DNA of 64,000 bases from an uncultured Candidatus Peribacteria bacterium (GTDB taxonomy: Bacteria; Patescibacteriota; Gracilibacteria; BD1-5; JAGOOR01), in NCBI GenBank assembly GCA_965231115.1, contig OZ246415.1, positions 883,621 to 947,620 of the forward strand, written 5' to 3'. Positions 1-11,453 of this stretch are shown here, one piece after another. The translations under genes were made by a program, and so were the position numbers. The stretch's first letter is position 1; each line of letters opens with the position of its first letter. Below the pieces are notes generated by a model. The model was not told the DNA's origin, made no database searches, and saw only the letters and a list, made by a program, of their open reading frames with translations.

Positions 1-141
1 ATGGACAATTTACCGATAAGCTGATGCCAGAGGTGCAAAAATGACATGTTCGGGCTATATTTGCACGAGCTTTCTAGAAATTTGACATATAATATTTATA
101 TTATATTATATGCTCGTAGTTAATTCTTAATCCTTTATTTT

Positions 142-636
142 ATGGCTACACACGCTTTTAAGGAATCAGATGGAGATAAATTTGAGAGACTTTTTGAGAA
201 CTTATCTGATCCAGCAGCAGCAACTGGTGTCGTAATTTCACTTGCTCGAAATTTTTGAGAACAAGAAGTACCTCAAACGCTCATCGATACAAACGAGGCC
301 GTTGCAGCAATTATCAAATGAGGATTGCCTCATTATGATGGGACAGGTAATGTTTATGAGATTATGACAGCAAGTCTTCCTAAAAACCTATCCTCTGAAG
401 GTTGTGTTGACCGTCTTTTGACTCCTGCAATAAATCTAGGAAATGGCTTTTCAGCAAGAGCGCATGTATTAGGGGGTGAAGTATATATACAACCAACTAA
501 TATGCCTCACAGACTGTACGGACGACGTTTCAAAAGTGTCCCTGTCATAACAGACATGGGAGATAAAAGATTTAAAATTGCTGGAACTCTCTCAGACGGT
601 AATAGTTACGAGGACGAGATTGTACTACCTGCATAG
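142..636 (+). CDS. hypothetical protein (164 aa)
   Basis: ATG 142 is in frame with track ORF 325..636. The only interruptions are TGA (256-258, 319-321), with no TAA/TAG. No family recognised. Confidence 0.45.
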
Positions 637-702
637 GTCAATTTGACAAATCTTAAATAGGATATAGGATAACTATATCCTATTTTTTATAATATTAATT
701 AT

Positions 703-1188
703 ATGTCTTGTCCTTTGGACGCAGAAACTCGTGTTATCCCCCTAGGGAAAAATGCACCAGTTCAACCAGTTCATACCCTAGCAAACTTATCACTACTCAC
801 AATCAGTAATCGTGTTGGAGATGCTCTACCGGGACTTCTGACTACTGCATATGTAACCGAGACAAAGCCAAATGAAACTATAGACCAATTATGGCCTGTA
901 CACAGATCATTTGGACCAATCCAAATTCGTGGACATAAAGATACTGGTCTCTATATTTTTGATAGCAGCGCGAGCACCATAACAGGATCACCAGTTAGAG
1001 ATGCGCTTCAAGCAGCTCAAGACGCAAGTGGAAATACTTACGTTTTGGTCTACTGAAATGTGCTTGGAGGAGAAAATGATGATAGACATGCATGGATCTC
1101 AACAAGAGATGGAGCGCTGTTATCAGGGACTGTAAATGATGAACCTGTCAGAGGACTGCCCGAAGGATTGGTAGCACTCACAGCCTAA
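703..1188 (+). CDS. hypothetical protein (161 aa)
   Basis: Track ORF 703..1056 reads through TGA 1054-1056 to TAA 1186-1188. A hairpin terminator follows. Confidence 0.5.
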
Positions 1189-1211
1189 TTCAGCTCTTGA
1201 TAAAAACCCGA

Positions 1212-1242
1212 GAGAGTGTAGTATGGCTACACTCTCTTTTTT
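1212..1242 (+). terminator. rho-independent terminator
   Basis: 10-bp stem gagagtgtag / ctacactctc with a 5-nt loop, followed by a T-run. Confidence 0.6.
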
Positions 1243-1267
1243 AAATTTAGAACATTAAAAAGTAATT

Positions 1268-2032
1268 ATGACTATCCAATTTATCTGATGTGGGAAGCTC
1301 GGAAAGATCTTTCTCGAACTCTTCCTCGCATCAGGTGTAGAAAAAACAAATATTTTCGTGGTAACAGGAAGCTCGGAAGGATCACAAAAACTCTCAGATG
1401 AATATGGTATACAAGTAGGAAAAATAGAGAATCCTTCTCTCGTGTTTCTCTGAATCAAACCGCAACAACTCACTGATATCGACCTCACAGTCTACGATAA
1501 AAATACCCTCATTATCTCCCCTCTTGCTGGCGTAAAAAGCGATAAATTCAAGACGTCTGCGACGGTCTGCCGTATCATGCCAAATATCCTTCTCCAATAT
1601 GATCGTGGCACAACACTTGTGCACAAAAATGGAGAATCAGAGACTCTCAACTGGTTTCTGGATACTCTGAACACAAAAGGCAATATCGTGCATTGCAAAA
1701 CAGACAATGAATTAAACGATTTAGCCACAATTAGTGGCTGTGGTCCTGCCTATTTCTTTGCCTTTGCGCAGGCGCTCGAAGAGCTCTGGAAAGAGCATGG
1801 TGGAGATACAGCATCCGCAAAAACAACCATAAAAAATCTCTTTCTCGGTTCTGCTCTCTATGCGACAGAACAAGAGAAAACTTTAACCGAATCAATCAGT
1901 ACTGTAGCATCCAAATGAGGTATCACTCAAAAAGCTCTGGATACATTTGCAGAAAAAGGATTAAAGGATATTATAGATGCCTGACTTAGGGAAGCTTATA
2001 AACACTGAAATACACTCTCTGAGTCCGCATAA
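1268..2032 (+). CDS. proC: pyrroline-5-carboxylate reductase
   Basis: MTIQFI-G-CGKLG Rossmann motif, with the first Gly encoded by TGA 1286-1288. Also has FLGIKPQQL and ASKGGITQKALD motifs. In frame with track ORF 1577..1918. Several in-frame TGA; ends at TAA 2030-2032. Confidence 0.8.
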
Positions 2033-2034
2033 AT

Positions 2035-3279
2035 ATGACAAATACCGAACTCACACATCTTCGTGGTATCGCACGTGACTTTTCTCAGACCTCTCACGAA
2101 GCGAGAAATGCTCTTATTCTCAGCATCGCTGAGAGTCTTCTTGAGCATAAAAATGAGATTTTAGAAATAAATCAGCATGATCTCCGAAAAATGGACAAAA
2201 ATGATCCCCTCTACGATCGAGTCGCTCTCTCAGAGAAGAGAATCGATGGTATGGCTGAAGCGTGCAAAGAGCTCACTCTGATAACTGATCCACTCAGTGA
2301 TGCATACATCCAGAAATTTGCGACAGAAGCTCCTATTCATCTCATCTCAAAACCAGTGCCACTCGGTGTCGTAGCATGTATTTATGAAGCTCGTCCAAAT
2401 GTCACTGTCGATCTCGCCATACTCTGTATCAAATCAGGGAATGTCTGTGTGCTCAAAGGCGGCTCTCAAGCATCTGAGACAAACGCGTATCTGCGAAACT
2501 TGATTCAAAATGTATTTGAAAAAGCATGATTTGCACGAGACTGTCTCTTTGGATACTCTGAAAATCGTGAAGATATCACGCATCTCCTGACAGCGACAGA
2601 ATCAATCGATGTCATCATACCACGATGAGGCAAATCGCTCATCGATTTTGTTCGAAAAAATGCACTTGTACCAACTATAGAAACTGGTGCTGGGGTCGTC
2701 CACATCTACATCGACCAAGAAGTGGAAGAAGAAAATTTCGAGAAAGTCCGCGATATCATCATCAATGCAAAAGTATCTCGTCCTTCTGTCTGTAACGCTC
2801 TCGATACACTCATTATTCACCAAAATACACCCCAAAAACTCATACAGATGATCACGTCCAGTCTTCAGGAAAATGGAGTGGAAATAAAGATGCTTCCAGG
2901 TGAAAAAGAGATAATAGTCTCTTCAGCAATAAGTATGTTAGAGGAAGAATTTTCAACGGAGTGGCTCTCTCTGATATGTGCGATCAAGGTCGTTTCATCC
3001 CTTGAAGAAGCAATAACTCATATCGAGAAATACTCTTCACATCACACAGAATGCATCATCACAGATAATCAAAAAACAGCACAAAAATTCCAGAATCAAA
3101 TAGATTCTGCCGTCGTCTATCACAACACCTCTACTCGTTTTTCAGACGGTGGATGTTTCGGTTTTGGTGCAGAAGTAGGTATCTCGACCCAGAAAATTCA
3201 CGCTCGCGGACCTATGGGTTGCAGAGCACTGACGACATACAAATACTACGCCCACTCTGATTATTCTCTCAGAAAATAA
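2035..3279 (+). CDS. proA: gamma-glutamyl phosphate reductase
   Basis: Track ORFs 2035..2529 and 2722..3279 are in frame and joined across TGAs. The bridging peptide [33 protein letters not shown] is the conserved ProA core. Confidence 0.85.
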
Positions 3280-3283
3280 TACT

Positions 3284-4351
3284 ATGAAAAATATACTTGT
3301 TATCAAAATCGGATCTCAAGTCCTTATGGACGAAAAATGACAGTTTGACTCTGGAGTCATACAGCAAGTCGCTGAAGATATCAATTTTCTCAGACAAAAA
3401 TGATACTGCTGCGTCGTCGTCAGCTCTGGGGCTTGTGCTCTGGGGAAAAATCTCCTCAAACACCATGATCAATCGGTCCTCACGAACCAGATTACGGCAA
3501 GCATAGGCCAGCCATTTCTCATGAAAGTCTATCAAGAAATATTTTCCCAGTACAACATAACTGTTTCTCAGGCTCTTCTCACGAGGTTTGATTTTTCAAA
3601 TAGAGACACCTATGCATCGATACAATCAGTGCTTCAGAAACAGTGCCAGCTCGGTATCATCCCTATCATCAATGAAAATGACGTCGTCGCAAATGATGAA
3701 ATTATTTTCTCAGACAATGATCAGCTCGCTGCATTTGTCGCCATCATGCTCGGAGCAAGCAAGCTCATACTCCTCTCAAATATCAAATGACTCCACACTC
3801 ACCATCCTGATGAGGGCTGAGAAATAATTCACAATGTCGAAAAGATAGATGATAAAATTTTTGGATATGTCTCTAAAAAGAAATCAAGTTTTGGACGAGG
3901 AGGTATGTATAGCAAGCTTATCAGTGCTCAAACAGCTACATATTCTGGTATCGATGTCGTTCTCTGAGAAGGTAAAAAACCCCATATCATACGAGCTATA
4001 GTCGAGGAAGGGAAAGTAGGAACATCGTTTCACAAAAATCCCGTGTCTCGAAAAAAAACACAAATGGAATCATGGATACAGGCAGGAGCTCTCCCAAAAG
4101 GAAAAATCATCGTCAATGCCTGTCTGAGTGATCTACTCCGACAGAAAAAACGCATCTCGATACTCGAAATCGGTATTCTGGAAGCATCGGGTAAGTTTGA
4201 GGTAGGTGACCTCCTTGAGGTATGTGATACAGATGGAAAAGTTCTCGGAAAGTGACTCGCTCGTATATCAAAAAAGGAATTTAAAAAGTACAAAGTGAGT
4301 GAAAAATCTCAAGTAGTCATTCATGCAAACTATTTCGTTTATACGAAATAG
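3284..4351 (+). CDS. proB: glutamate 5-kinase with C-terminal PUA domain
   Basis: MKNILVIKIGSQVL N-terminus and the INENDVV..FSDND motif. Track ORFs 3521..3790 and 4043..4255 are in frame with ATG 3284. Ends at TAG 4349-4351. Confidence 0.85.
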
Positions 4352-4448
4352 TGGTGACATCATCCACTAGGAAACAATTCTGTATTTTTCCAGAGTAAAT
4401 AAATGTGTATTTTAAAAAAAGAAGTACAATTCTCTCATTAAAAACTCT

Positions 4449-5342
4449 ATGTTTTTCTCTCGTATCAAGCCAGAAGAACGATTTCAATTTACGATCAATC
4501 TCGTGATGATTTTTTTGGTAATCACGAGCATATCTCTGACTATCATAGAATCGATCGATAGCATCATGACGCCAGAACTACGAAACATGTTCCTATCTAT
4601 GCATGTAGCTATTTTAGCTGCATTTTTCGCAGAATTTCTCTATCGCCTCTGGCACGAAACTCAATCATATGAAGGCGATAAACCTGTGAAAGCTGCACTA
4701 CTTTTTTTGATACACCCACTCACCCTCATCGACATCATAGTTATAGCCCCTCTCTTTGTGATGATATGGACGCACAATCTTCATGATGCAGATATGGTTA
4801 TCCTGAGAGTACTCAGATTCACGACGATGCTCAATATGTTTCACTTTTATCGCTCTTCTCGAGTCATCAAGCTGCTAAAAGATATGGGGCGAGAAATCTG
4901 GTATGAGATGATGATCATCTTTATCATATCGATGCAGTGTCTCCTTATCTCTGGTGTCCTTTTTTATGCTCTTGAGCACGGTGTCAATCCTCATGTGAAA
5001 AATATATTTGATGGAATATGGTGGGCTGTCGTGACACTCACAACTATATGATATGGAGATGTCTATCCTATTACATTTGCTGGTCGGATACTCGCTATAG
5101 TACTCGCTATGATTGGTATAGGCCTCGTAGCACTTCCGACAGGTATACTGACAAGTGGTTTTATCCGTGCGCTTCGTAGCGAAAAAAAAATATCGCAACT
5201 CGTCGACACGATGGAAGAAGAGGAAAAAGAACAAGATGAGCTCCTCGAACGTGTCGAAGAAATAGAGAGCTCTATAAAACAAAAAAAGAAACCCTCTTTA
5301 GCATCATCAAAAATATTCACCAAAAAGAAAACGAAAAAGTAG
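4449..5342 (+). CDS. voltage-gated-type (6TM) potassium channel
   Basis: Track ORFs 4449..5051 and 5109..5342 are in frame. The TTI-G-YGD selectivity filter has its first Gly encoded by TGA 5049-5051. S4-like ILRVLRFTTMLNMFHFYRSSRVIK segment with spaced Arg. Confidence 0.85.
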
Positions 5343-5422
5343 TGGATAAAAAGTCTAGTCTTCCTCATCAAATCCTCACAAAACATCCTTGCGAGGTTCT
5401 AGAAAGTGTTTACCATAGAAAT

Positions 5423-6754
5423 ATGAAAATCTTACAAAGCCTCTTCATTGTGTGGGTATGCACATCTATTTCTTCTGTTTTTGCAGACTTTAGCGATATA
5501 CAATACTCATGGTACAGGGATTCTATTCTCAGCCTCCAGAGTCAGGGGCTCTCGCAGGGCTATGGAGATGGGAGATACGGACCAGAGACAAATATCACAC
5601 GAGCAGAGATATTGACGATGCTTCTCCGAGCCAATAACACAACAATTCCAGACGCACCAGAACAATGCTTCCCTGATGTAGAAAAAAGTATGTGGTATCA
5701 TCGATATATCTGTACTGCTAATATGCTCGGCGTAGCAAATGGCTTTAGTGATGGAAAATTTAAACCAAACGACTCAGTCACAACGCTCGAAGCACTCGCT
5801 TTTGGCAATAAAGCATTCCAACTCGGCATACCAACGACAGGGGAAAAATGGTATGAAGCTCTCCAAAAATTCGCCGATGAAAACCATATCATACCAACCC
5901 ACGGCTATACTCTGAGTACAAAAATATCCCGTGGGAAAGCTGCAGAACTCATCATACATCTAGAAGAATACAGCAAGTCTAAAACCCCCATCTCCTACAA
6001 AAGCACAGGATGTCAGGCGTCTCCATCTCTTATGTCTGGAGAAAATACCCTCACGATAGAAGGAACAGAGCGCAAATACAATCTCTTTATACCGAACGGG
6101 TACTCGAACAATCAAGAATATAATCTCACTATTGCTACCCATGGTCGGACGAATAGTAAAGATCAAGTCCAAGCATACATGGGTCTCGGAAAGCAATCTG
6201 ACAGCATCGTGGCCTATCCAGCTGGACTCCCTGCAAAAAGTGGCAGCTGATTTTCGTGGAGCGAAAAGGAAAATATGACCTTTATCGATGCCATCCTCCA
6301 GCAAGTTTCAAACAACTATTGCATCAATCGTAATCATGTCTACATCGTCGGGCACTCGCTCGGTGGATGGATGGCTCAGAGAATAGCTTGTTTGCGTGGA
6401 GAATTTGTCAGTGGTCTCGCAGTCGTCGGTTCGGGTCCATTTGGAAGCACTTGTTCTGGTCCAACCCCCTCACTCTTTTTCCAAAATGTAAACGATACCC
6501 TCTCTTCCTATGCCTCAGGAGTGAGCGCGAGAGATACACGACTCAAGGTCGATGAATGTAGTGAATCAACTGAAAACGTACAAATCGGCCCACTGAACTG
6601 TATCAAATACAATTCCTGTTCAGCAGGCAACAGTGTGACTTGGTGCGAAGGCTACACAGGCTACAATGGCGATCCGCACAGCTGGCCTACCTGAGGCTCT
6701 TGGCAATCACCAGGAGGTGGAACATGGATACTCGATTATTTTAAGAAATTATAA
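5423..6754 (+). CDS. secreted SLH-domain esterase (PHB depolymerase / CE1-like)
   Basis: Signal peptide MKILQSLFIVWVCTSISSVFA, then two SLH-like repeats (FSDIQYSWYRD..GYGDGRYGP..ITRAE; FPDVEKSMWY..GFSDGKFKP). Next comes an HG..VAYPAG..GHSLGG serine-hydrolase core. Reads through TGA at 6248 and 6692 to TAA 6752-6754. Confidence 0.7.
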
Positions 6755-6807
6755 AAAATCTCTATTTTTTCAGAAATCTCTTACCTTAATGATAAACAAA
6801 TAAAAAA

Positions 6808-6826
6808 ATCTCCAATTATTGGAGAT
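6808..6826. terminator. bidirectional hairpin terminator
   Basis: atctcca / tggagat stem flanked by an A-run and a T-run. Lies between the esterase 3' end and the tRNA 3' end. Confidence 0.6.
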
Positions 6827-6841
6827 TTTTTCGATGTTCTT

Positions 6842-6916
6842 TGGTGGCGGGGGGTGGGATCGAACCACCGACCTTCAGATTATGAGCCTGACGAGCTACC
6901 ACTGCTCTACCCCGCG
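6842..6916 (-). tRNA. tRNA-Met (anticodon CAT), initiator-like
   Basis: Hand-folded cloverleaf. CGCGGGG..CCCCGCC acceptor with a 1:72 mismatch, CTCATAA anticodon loop, GGTTCGATCC T-arm and encoded CCA. Closely resembles bacterial tRNA-fMet, but only one of the three anticodon-stem G:C pairs is kept. Confidence 0.8.
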
Positions 6917-6928
6917 ACATACCTGAGC

Positions 6929-6955
6929 ATTGTATGAAATAGGTCATCATGTCAA
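6929..6955 (-). promoter_or_regulatory. putative sigma70-type promoter of tRNA-fMet
   Basis: Minus strand reads TTGACA-15 nt-TACAATGC, about 13 nt upstream of the tRNA 5' end. Confidence 0.4.
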
Positions 6956-7014
6956 GAGATAAACCAGGTTTTACCGAGGATTCTCTCGATTCCGAGAAGA
7001 AGATAATATAGGAT

Positions 7015-7926
7015 ATGGACATGCCTCCTCGTACAACACAAAACACTGTAAAATATGACATATATCGTGGAATTGATGAAAATTTCTGACCTTATGTACA
7101 GAAAAGATTTAAAAATGCCAATCAATCTATCGTTGATATCATCTCCCCTATAAAGATATCTCGGTATGAGAAAAAGCCTGAATATACCTACTTTGCGCTC
7201 CTCGTGCCCGAATATGGATCAGATGAAAATATAGCCTGGAAACAAACTCACGCTTTTATCGGTTCAAAATATGTCTTATTCGTAGACGAAGATATGTGGG
7301 GAGAATTTGATAGTTTTGAGAGAAATAATAGATGATTATCCAGTGAAACAACAGGTATTGGTCTTTTTTATACCTTTACCGCAAATGCAGTAGAGGATAT
7401 GTTTACGATTCTGGCTCGATTACAGCTCCGTATAGAGACAATGGAACAATCCATATTTCAAAACATACCAAATAACGATCAGATCTCTGAGATACAGAAT
7501 CTCAAAAAAAATATTATCAATTTCAAATCAACTCTCCTGCCTATCTATGAAGTACTGAGCGAATATAGAGATGATACAAAAATAAGTACAGACGAAAAAC
7601 ATAGCATAGACGATATACTCAGAAAAATAAAGAAACTCATGAGTAATCTCGATGATTTCCATGATATCACAAAGCTCCTCCGTGAAACAAATGAAACACT
7701 TATAGCACGAAGTACAAACGAAACCATCAAACGTCTTACACTGTTTAATGCTCTGCTCCTAGGCCCTAGCATGATAGCCGCATTTTTTGGTATGAATATA
7801 CACTTTGGTTGGTTCACTGAAAATGCTAGCAATGGCGAGATAACTCCCCTCTTTGGCATCATATGTATCATGATTTTAATGACCGGCGGAGTCTACCTCT
7901 TTTTTAAAAAGAGAAATTGGATCTAA
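7015..7926 (+). CDS. corA: CorA-family magnesium/cobalt transporter
   Basis: C-terminal two TM segments with the FFGMNIHF (GMN) motif. ATG 7015/7021 is in frame with track ORF 7399..7926 through TGA at 7081 and 7333. Confidence 0.75.
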
Positions 7927-7930
7927 AAAA

Positions 7931-7954
7931 ATCTCCATCGTGATAGATGGAGAT
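7931..7954. terminator. bidirectional hairpin terminator
   Basis: 9-bp stem atctccatc / gatggagat. A-run on the plus side, T-run on the minus side. Confidence 0.6.
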
Positions 7955-7967
7955 AATGAAGATTACA

Positions 7968-8042
7968 TGGTGCCAATGGGTGGAGTCGAACCGCCGACCA
8001 CAGGGTTATGAGTCCTGTGCTCTACCGCTGAGCTACATTGGC
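7968..8042 (-). tRNA. tRNA with anticodon CAT (elongator Met or Ile2-lysidine type)
   Basis: Cloverleaf with GCCAATG/CATTGGC acceptor, GCTC..GAGC D-arm, CTCATAA loop, GGTTCGACTCC T-arm and encoded CCA. One mismatch each in the anticodon and T stems. Confidence 0.75.
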
Positions 8043-8095
8043 ACGCTGTGAATACTATCGTTTTTTGAAAAAAGACAACTTTTTTCTGCGAGAAA

Positions 8096-8737
8096 CTATG
8101 GGAGGAAGCGTATTACAAGGGAATATTTGTAATTTTTTCCATTAAGATGGCTCATAAATCCAAGAACCAAGAGGACGAGATACGCCAAAGCTAAAAAAGG
8201 AATAAGAACTATACCGACAACAGAAATAGCCAGGACAAGAGTGTAGAGAAGGAAGCTGATATTGAAATTGAGGATTTCAAAGCATGTTTCCTTTTCAAGT
8301 TGTGAAAGCTCTGATTTTTTCCAAAGAAAATAAGCAAGAACAACAATAATACCAAAAGTGCCTCCTGAGATAACGTTTGCAACAAAGTGGAATATCCCCA
8401 GCATTTTGACACCTTCATGTGCTTCTTCTTTGTGCGATTTCTCGGCCACATGAGAAGTTGTTTTTTCTTCCACCTTTGGAGCAGTAGGGGCAGCCTTCTT
8501 CACTGGAGTTACTTTTTTCACTGGAGTTACTTTTTTCTGAACAGGCTTTTTTGCTTCTACAACTTTAGGAGCCACTGTTTTCTTCGCTGTTGTTTTTGCT
8601 GGAGATGTTTTTTTAGGAGCAGATTTTTTGACTGCCGCTTTTTTCTTTGTCGTCTCAGTGACAACAGGAGTTACTGCTTTTGCAGCGACTGGAGACTTCT
8701 TTGTTGAAGTGCTCTTTTTTGTATTTGTTTTTTTCAT
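8096..8737 (-). CDS. membrane protein: Lys/Ala/Pro-rich N-terminal tail plus DUF4870-like TM domain
   Basis: Uninterrupted track ORF. The N-terminal ~110 aa are KKxxAxK repeats. The C-terminal has 3-4 TM helices ending in GKNYKYSLVIRFLP. Confidence 0.65.
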   Translation of the reverse strand: MKKTNTKKSTSTKKSPVAAKAVTPVVTETTKKKAAVKKSAPKKTSPAKTTAKKTVAPKVVEAKKPVQKKVTPVKKVTPVKKAAPTAPKVEEKTTSHVAEKSHKEEAHEGVKMLGIFHFVANVISGGTFGIIVVLAYFLWKKSELSQLEKETCFEILNFNISFLLYTLVLAISVVGIVLIPFLALAYLVLLVLGFMSHLNGKNYKYSLVIRFLP

Positions 8738-8838
8738 ACACGAATACTAGAAAAAGAATTCTCGAAGTCAAAGAGAAGAGAGAGGAAGAAGAGTTTACAT
8801 GCGCGCAATAATCTCTAATATAGGGATAATTTCATCCT

Positions 8839-9414
8839 ATGAATAAAAATCGTCTTGAAGCATTTAGCGATGGCGTTATCGCTATTATCATTACCATCAT
8901 GGTACTCGAGCTTCGCGTACCTCATACAGTCGATATACACGCTCTCAGAGAGCTTGTCCCAGTATTTCTGGGATATGTGCTCAGTTTCGTGTATGTCGCT
9001 ATTTATTGGCACAATCATCATCACATGTTTCATACAGTGAAGCATGTGAATGGAACTATCATGTGGGCAAATACACATCTTCTTTTCTGGCTTTCGCTCA
9101 TACCGTTTACAACAGCATATATGACAGAAAATCATTTTGCAAAAATTCCAGTACTACTCTATGGATCAGTACTCCTGCTCGCAGCTATAGCCTATTTTAT
9201 CACTCAGGGAAGAATCATCGCTTCTCAGTGATCAGATTCACTCCTAGCAAAAGCAGTCAAAAATGATATAAAAGGCAAACTCTCACCATTTTTCTATGTT
9301 CTCGCTCTCATAGGGGGAGCGTTTTATCCCGCAATAGCCATAACATTTCATGTGATTGTGGCGCTCATGTGGCTCATTCCTGATAAGAGAATAGAGTGAA
9401 TTATCGAAAGCTAA
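8839..9414 (+). CDS. TMEM175/DUF1211-family potassium channel-like protein
   Basis: N-terminal RLEAFSDGVIAIIITIMVLEL signature. Track ORF 8839..9231 continues through TGA at 9229 and 9397 to TAA 9412-9414. Confidence 0.7.
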
Positions 9415-9420
9415 AAAATT

Positions 9421-10203
9421 ATGAATACAAATACACTCCCAAAACCAAATGTCGCAAAAAGAGAGACAACCAAACGAATCAAAATAATCGAAGATATATT
9501 ACCAGAGCTCATCAAATACAGTAAAGCAATTCTCCTTACTGGTACGATGGCTTATGGGCAAGATTTTAGCATAGACGACGAGTCCCCTATAATACTTCAG
9601 ATAATCACTGATGATGAAAACATCGAGAAAATTGGGGCATGTAAATTTTTCCAAAAATACAACACTCAGAAAGTGCGCGATGGCTTTGCATCTGATATAT
9701 TTCAAGAATTCATGTTTACTTTTATGGTGAAAGAGATAACCATTGAATGTCATTTTTGGAATGAGAAAACATGGAAAGAAATAACACGATATAAACGAGA
9801 AAAAATCACCCGACTTCGGTCTCAGACAAGAAAAATATACACAGACAGCGCCTATGGTTTTGATGGAGAAGAAATCAGGACAGAATACCCAGATTACAAA
9901 AAAGAAATTTATAACGTGGGAGAATTACCTGCCTATACTCTGAGAAATGAGACACTTTTCCTCTCTAAACCACTCTCTGATATCCTCATCTGTATAAAGC
10001 TCTACGACGAATGCGATGCAAAATCAGCCATTCGCGAATGTAAAAATATCACCAAACAAAAACTCGCAGAAACAAAGAAAAAACCAGAAATTATTTACTC
10101 TCTCTTCAATACCCTTCCAGACAAAGAGCACGTTTCTCCAGAAGTAGCAGAAAGTGTGGAAGATAGGACAATTATTTCTGAAAATACAGAAATAGATATT
10201 TAA
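9421..10203 (+). CDS. hypothetical protein (260 aa), possibly nucleotidyltransferase-fold
   Basis: Uninterrupted track ORF. Only a weak GTMAYGQDFSIDDESPI resemblance to the pol-beta NTase motif. Confidence 0.5.
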   Translation: MNTNTLPKPNVAKRETTKRIKIIEDILPELIKYSKAILLTGTMAYGQDFSIDDESPIILQIITDDENIEKIGACKFFQKYNTQKVRDGFASDIFQEFMFTFMVKEITIECHFWNEKTWKEITRYKREKITRLRSQTRKIYTDSAYGFDGEEIRTEYPDYKKEIYNVGELPAYTLRNETLFLSKPLSDILICIKLYDECDAKSAIRECKNITKQKLAETKKKPEIIYSLFNTLPDKEHVSPEVAESVEDRTIISENTEIDI

Positions 10204-10253
10204 AAAATCCAAAAATTACCATACTACCTTTATTCTTTTTTTCACTTTATTGT

Positions 10254-11453
10254 ATGTACACCCCCTCTACAAAAATTCTCGAACGCTACGCTGATGTCCT
10301 CGTCAATTTCGCCCTCGGTGGCGGGACTGGTATCAAGGCTGGTGAAGTCGTCCTTCTCTGCGTACCAGAATGTGCACGTCCCGTGCTCCAGCCTCTCCAC
10401 GACGCTGTATTGAAGTCTGGTGGCCATCCTGTAGTGGATATTATCCCTGATGGACTTCAGAGAAGTTTTTTTCAACATGCGAATGATGAGCAAATTGCCT
10501 ATCGTCCCATGAAGCGACTGCTCGGGACAGTAGAAGACTGTGATCATCGTCTCTACATGATAGCGGAACATGAGAAATACGAACTCGCTGGAATCGATGG
10601 AAACAAAGTAATGAACCGTTTCAAAACTATCAAACCATACCGTGAAGCAATGCAGAAAAAGGAAAATGAGGGAAAATTCACTTGGACTCTCGGCCTCTAT
10701 GGGACAGAAGCAATGGCATCTTTTGCTGGCATGTCTCTCGAGGAATACTGGGGAGAAATTATCAATGCCTGCTATCTCGATACAGACGAGCCGATTAAAC
10801 ACTGGCAGGAAACAGAGGCAACACTTCATACGCTCACAAAAAAACTCACTGATATGCAGATAGAATGGGTACATGTGGTCGGTGAAGACGTCGATCTCAA
10901 AGTAAAGATAGGAGAGAAAAGGAAATGGCTCGGTGGAAGTGGTCGAAATATTCCAAGCTTTGAAGTCTTCACGAGTCCAGATTGGCGTGGAACTGAGTGA
11001 TGGATTCGCTACAATATGCCGCTCTCCTACCAGAGTAACATCATCAAATGAATCCGATTAGAATTCAAAGATGGCCTCGTGGTCAATGCGACGGCAACAG
11101 AAAACGAGAAGCTCCTCAAAGAAATGATTGCGCAAAAAGATGCAGATAAAGCAGGAGAATTTTCACTCACCGATCGACGACTCTCTCGTATTACCAAATT
11201 TATGGGAGAAACGCTCTACGATGAAAATGTCGGTGGACCATTTGGCAACACCCACATCGCTCTCGGTATGGCTTATAAAGACGCTTATACTGGCGACGTC
11301 GCAAATACAACACTCGAAGAATGGGAACGTCTCGGCTACAATGACTCTGTCGTTCACACCGATATGATGAGTACGACAAACAGAACTGTTACGGCCACAC
11401 TACAAGATGGAAGCGAGAAGATTATCTACCAGAATGGAGAGTTCGTAATTTAA
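10254..11453 (+). CDS. aminopeptidase, M29 (AmpS/PepS) family
   Basis: Track ORFs 10254..11000 and 11079..11453 are in frame across two TGA. N-terminus ILERYADVLVNFALGGGTGIKAGEVVLL and C-terminal GNTHIALG..VHTDMM are typical of M29. Confidence 0.7.

Noticed and set aside
1-123. An open frame running from the window edge to TAA 121-123 (ends ..CQRCKNDMFGLYLHELSRNL..).
   Set aside because: It is too short and overlaps a promoter-like TTGACA..TATTAT element. I cannot tell whether it is the 3' end of an upstream gene.
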